Shown: in pieces, positions 61,051-64,000 of the stretch
How the letters are laid out: the number at the start of each line of letters is the position of its first letter
How positions within the stretch are numbered: the stretch's first letter is position 1
Program-made: the position numbers and the translations under genes
Notes under the pieces: generated by a model
Database searches by the model: none
Seen by the model: the letters and a program-made list of their open reading frames with translations, nothing else
What the model was told of the DNA's origin: nothing
Source: Oculina patagonica
Lineage: Eukaryota
Direction of reading: 5' to 3'
Assembly: GCF_052425735.1 (NCBI RefSeq)
Contig: NC_135767.1
Span: 21,390,001 to 21,454,000, forward strand
DNA: 64,000 nt

Positions 61051-63029
61051 GGCTGAGGCTCTTAGTTAAATTGAAGAGATGTTTTCTGGAAAGCCCCAAT
61101 CTAGACATTGTCATCGTTGACCGGTCAGGAAAAGAGGATGCAATCTTTGGTTTCAAATGAACCTATACCTTCCTCGTTGTCTGTAGATTAAGGAACAGAT
61201 ATTGTATTGAGTAACTGAATCTTTTTTTGTTCGCTCGCGAGGGATTTAGATTTCCCGTGGAGGGTCCCATTTGACGGGGCGGGTATGCTTGTCGTCTCGC
61301 TTAAGGGTGCTAGTTATTTTTGGTCAATTACGTGCATCCTAGGGTAACCGTCCTTACTACTAACGCCAATAATTTAAGTGTGAGGTTTGTTTTGATAAAA
61401 AATAAAAAAACGGGGGGAGACTTTTAGGAGGGGAAAAAAAAAAAACAAGCTTGAGCCACGCACAGATTAATTGGTCTAATCAAAATATTCCGACTTGCAT
61501 CTCCTTCCTTTTTTATTTGGGTTCCCCTGGTCCGGCAGATTTGAACTTTCGTTTGCGCAGTCGATGTGTATTCTTTTTGCCCGCGGGAAATAATTAATAT
61601 CATTCGCCGCAATTTTCTTTACTCTAGAATTGACTAAAGCTTGTGGACTGAAATGTTTCATGAATCACTGTCATTATATGTGAACTCTTTTTCTTGTAAA
61701 TAGATAGCTACACGATTGATGGGCAGTTTGTTTCATTTTTACATTCAATTACGCTTATCAATTTGATGCGGAATAGGTATAAAGCGCTTATAACAAGCCG
61801 ACTACTTTTATGAAAATTAAGAAACTTGTGTGAAAAAAAATATCTCTAATGGGAATCAGTATCTACATTTAAGTATGCTTGTCTAACACGTCGGTGACAT
61901 TTTGTGGCAAAAACATCAGTTATTTCTTTTTATTTAAAAAAAAAAAAACATTTTTAGTTATCTTCCGAGAGGGGTAGCCAACCTTACCTGAGGTTGAAAC
62001 GATACTTGCTAGCCTTGTATATAGGAATTTTTTCGTAAAAATGAAATAGAGCGTAATTTACACTTTTAAATGAAAAGTGGTAAATGTGTGAAGTTACGGT
62101 GGAAAGACATTTATCTTTTAAATAGGCAAGCCAGTAAAATAGTAGTAACAAAATGTTTCAGAAACAAAAACGTCATATAACGGTAACAATACCTGACGGG
62201 GGTCAGAGCACCCAAACCGCCATTACTTATATACGGTGACGTGAATTGTTCCATATCATAAGCTGAACAATAATAAATATATAAATAAATGAATGTAAAT
62301 AAAATAAAAAATATATGTTTACCGATTTGTTGGTCGTTCAAGAAACTTTCCTAATGTCCCTTTTACCAATTAAAATGCGTACACCAACAAAATTAGTTTG
62401 TTAACTGAAAATATTAAGCTGAATGTATTAAGCGTGTTGTAGGTGGCTACATGAAGGTTATTTTTATAGTTCGCTTATCTCCATCCCTAGGTCCTTTACT
62501 TCTTCATTCGCGCCAAGCAAGATGAACCTTTTTTTTATAATACCTTCCTAAGAAGATCCTTTTTTCATATCATACGCAATGTTTTAACAATAATAAAAGT
62601 AAGGAATGGTATTATTAAAAGATGCGTTAGGAACGACCCAGATACAAACCAAATCCATATTAAAATATATAAATCCAGAGTTCCCAAAACTAATGGAAAA
62701 GTGATTTTTCTGTTTCCCTGCGTTACGTACGTTACCTGTGAATTTTTCTCAGGGCGTGAAAAGGTTGACGTCCACATCTATTTAACCGTGCATACAGTCA
62801 GGAGCCCATTACCTGAAACAAGTGCATGACTCACGGGCTTCCTTTTCGATTTAAAGAAAACATAGCAGGATAAACAAACTGAAAAAGGATTAACGAAAGC
62901 AAAATTTTCGGGCCTTAAGGTCGTCTTCTGTCTGCTTCTGGCTAAGGCTACCTAGTGTTTTTTATAGGTCCCCTGGTCCGGCAACAGTTGACCGTGAGGA
63001 GAATGGAGAAGAAGTGAAGCTTGGAAACC

Positions 63030-63092
63030 TGGCCGGAACTTAGTGGCCACGCAGTGTGTCTGTTTCTGTTTCCATTCGGCACGGAAGTGAAA
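63030..63092 (+). promoter_or_regulatory. Candidate UBL4A promoter with ETS-type sites
   Basis: CCGGAACT at about 63033 and CGGAAGTG at about 63082, 90-150 bp before the ATG. Confidence 0.4.
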
Positions 63093-63177
63093 GAATTTTG
63101 CTTCATTTTGACTTCAATAGGCAACAGTTTTGATCCTTTCCTTTGCTTTATAGTCTTTTAAAAGTATAGAATAGGAT

Positions 63178-63225
63178 ATGCAGATTACTGTTAAGATATT
63201 GAATGGCCAAGAAGTGCGATTAGAG
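63178..63225 (+). CDS. UBL4A: Ubiquitin-like protein 4A, coding exon 1
   Basis: MQITVKILNGQEVRLE followed by donor GTAAGA. Confidence 0.85.
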
Positions 63226-63504
63226 GTAAGAGGACAACTTATTTTGAGATTTCATAGAAATGCGTTTTGCAAGCGAAGCTCGATCCAACAGTTCTTTTCA
63301 AGTGAAGCAATTTCAAAATCGCCTTAATTCCCATTTTTCAATTTTTTTATCTTTATAATAAAGCCTCGTGTGAACGTATACATGCTTGCAAGTGTTACGA
63401 TCGTTAAGATTCTGACTAATGAAAGAACAGGCTCAACACTGCGTCTCCCAGTGTTTAACGTCTCTTCACTGTACTTACATTGTATTCTTGTATACAAAAT
63501 GTAG

Positions 63505-63610
63505 GTTTCCGAAAATGACCAGATCTCACAGGTAAAGAGACTTGTGTCTGAAAAACTTGATGTGCCTGTGGAACAGCAAAGATTAGTATTTAAAGGGAAA
63601 ACTTTAGCAG
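63505..63610 (+). CDS. UBL4A: Ubiquitin-like protein 4A, coding exon 2
   Basis: TAG acceptor, VSENDQISQVKRLVSEKLDVPVEQQRLVFKGKTLA, GT donor; closely resembles vertebrate UBL4A LVSEKLNVPVRQQRLLFKGKALA as recalled. Confidence 0.87.
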
Positions 63611-63707
63611 GTACAGTGTCATGTGTGTTTTACTAACTGTTATCATTTTCCCCGGGGGGGGGGGGTTTTTTTTTTTTTTTTTTTTGGGGGGGGCGGGTTT
63701 TTTTTTT

Positions 63708-63888
63708 NNNNNNNNNNNNNNNNNNNNNNNNNNNNNNNNNNNNNNNNNNNNNNNNNNNNNNNNNNNNNNNNNNNNNNNNNNNNNNNNNNNNNNNNNNNNN
63801 NNNNNNNNNNNNNNNNNNNNNNNNNNNNNNNNNNNNNNNNNNNNNNNNNNNNNNNNNNNNNNNNNNNNNNNNNNNNNNNNNNNNNNNN
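63708..63888. other. Assembly gap with low-quality homopolymer flanks
   Basis: N run bordered by G/T/A/C runs. Confidence 1.
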
Positions 63889-64000
63889 TTAAAAAAAATA
63901 TAAAAAATTTTCTATATATATTGTAAAAATATTATAGAGAAAAGGGGGGGGGGGAAAATATTATTTACCCCCCCCCCCCCCCCTCATTCCCATATGCCAG

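Noticed and set aside
63621-64000. ORFs across N runs (also 43998-44186)
   Set aside because: Gap and low-quality homopolymer artefacts.

Overview
Animal genomic DNA, AT-rich, with two assembly gaps. The repeats and receptor types suggest a cnidarian, probably a stony coral (inference). The window is dominated by a tandem cluster of 13 class A (rhodopsin-like) GPCR genes of one atypical family with single-exon coding regions: 9 intact and 4 disrupted. Five lie on the minus strand at the left and eight on the plus strand at the right, in roughly mirror order by subfamily. All copies replace DRY with TQY/TQF, end TM7 in D/E-N-x-x-Y-L/M-K-x-x-x-DPxVY (Lys at about 7.45), lack W6.48 and share a C-terminal ITLLSFK/VTLDFK motif. 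Several copies carry a second C-terminal tail just behind the stop codon, and some are mosaics. One canonical GPCR is embedded in the array. Spacers hold a frameshifted Crypton-like tyrosine-recombinase element, many MITEs with readable TIRs and TSDs, a tRNA-derived SINE and LINE fragments. The first two coding exons of UBL4A, missed by the ORF track, close the window. All alignments and generic residue numbers were done by eye.
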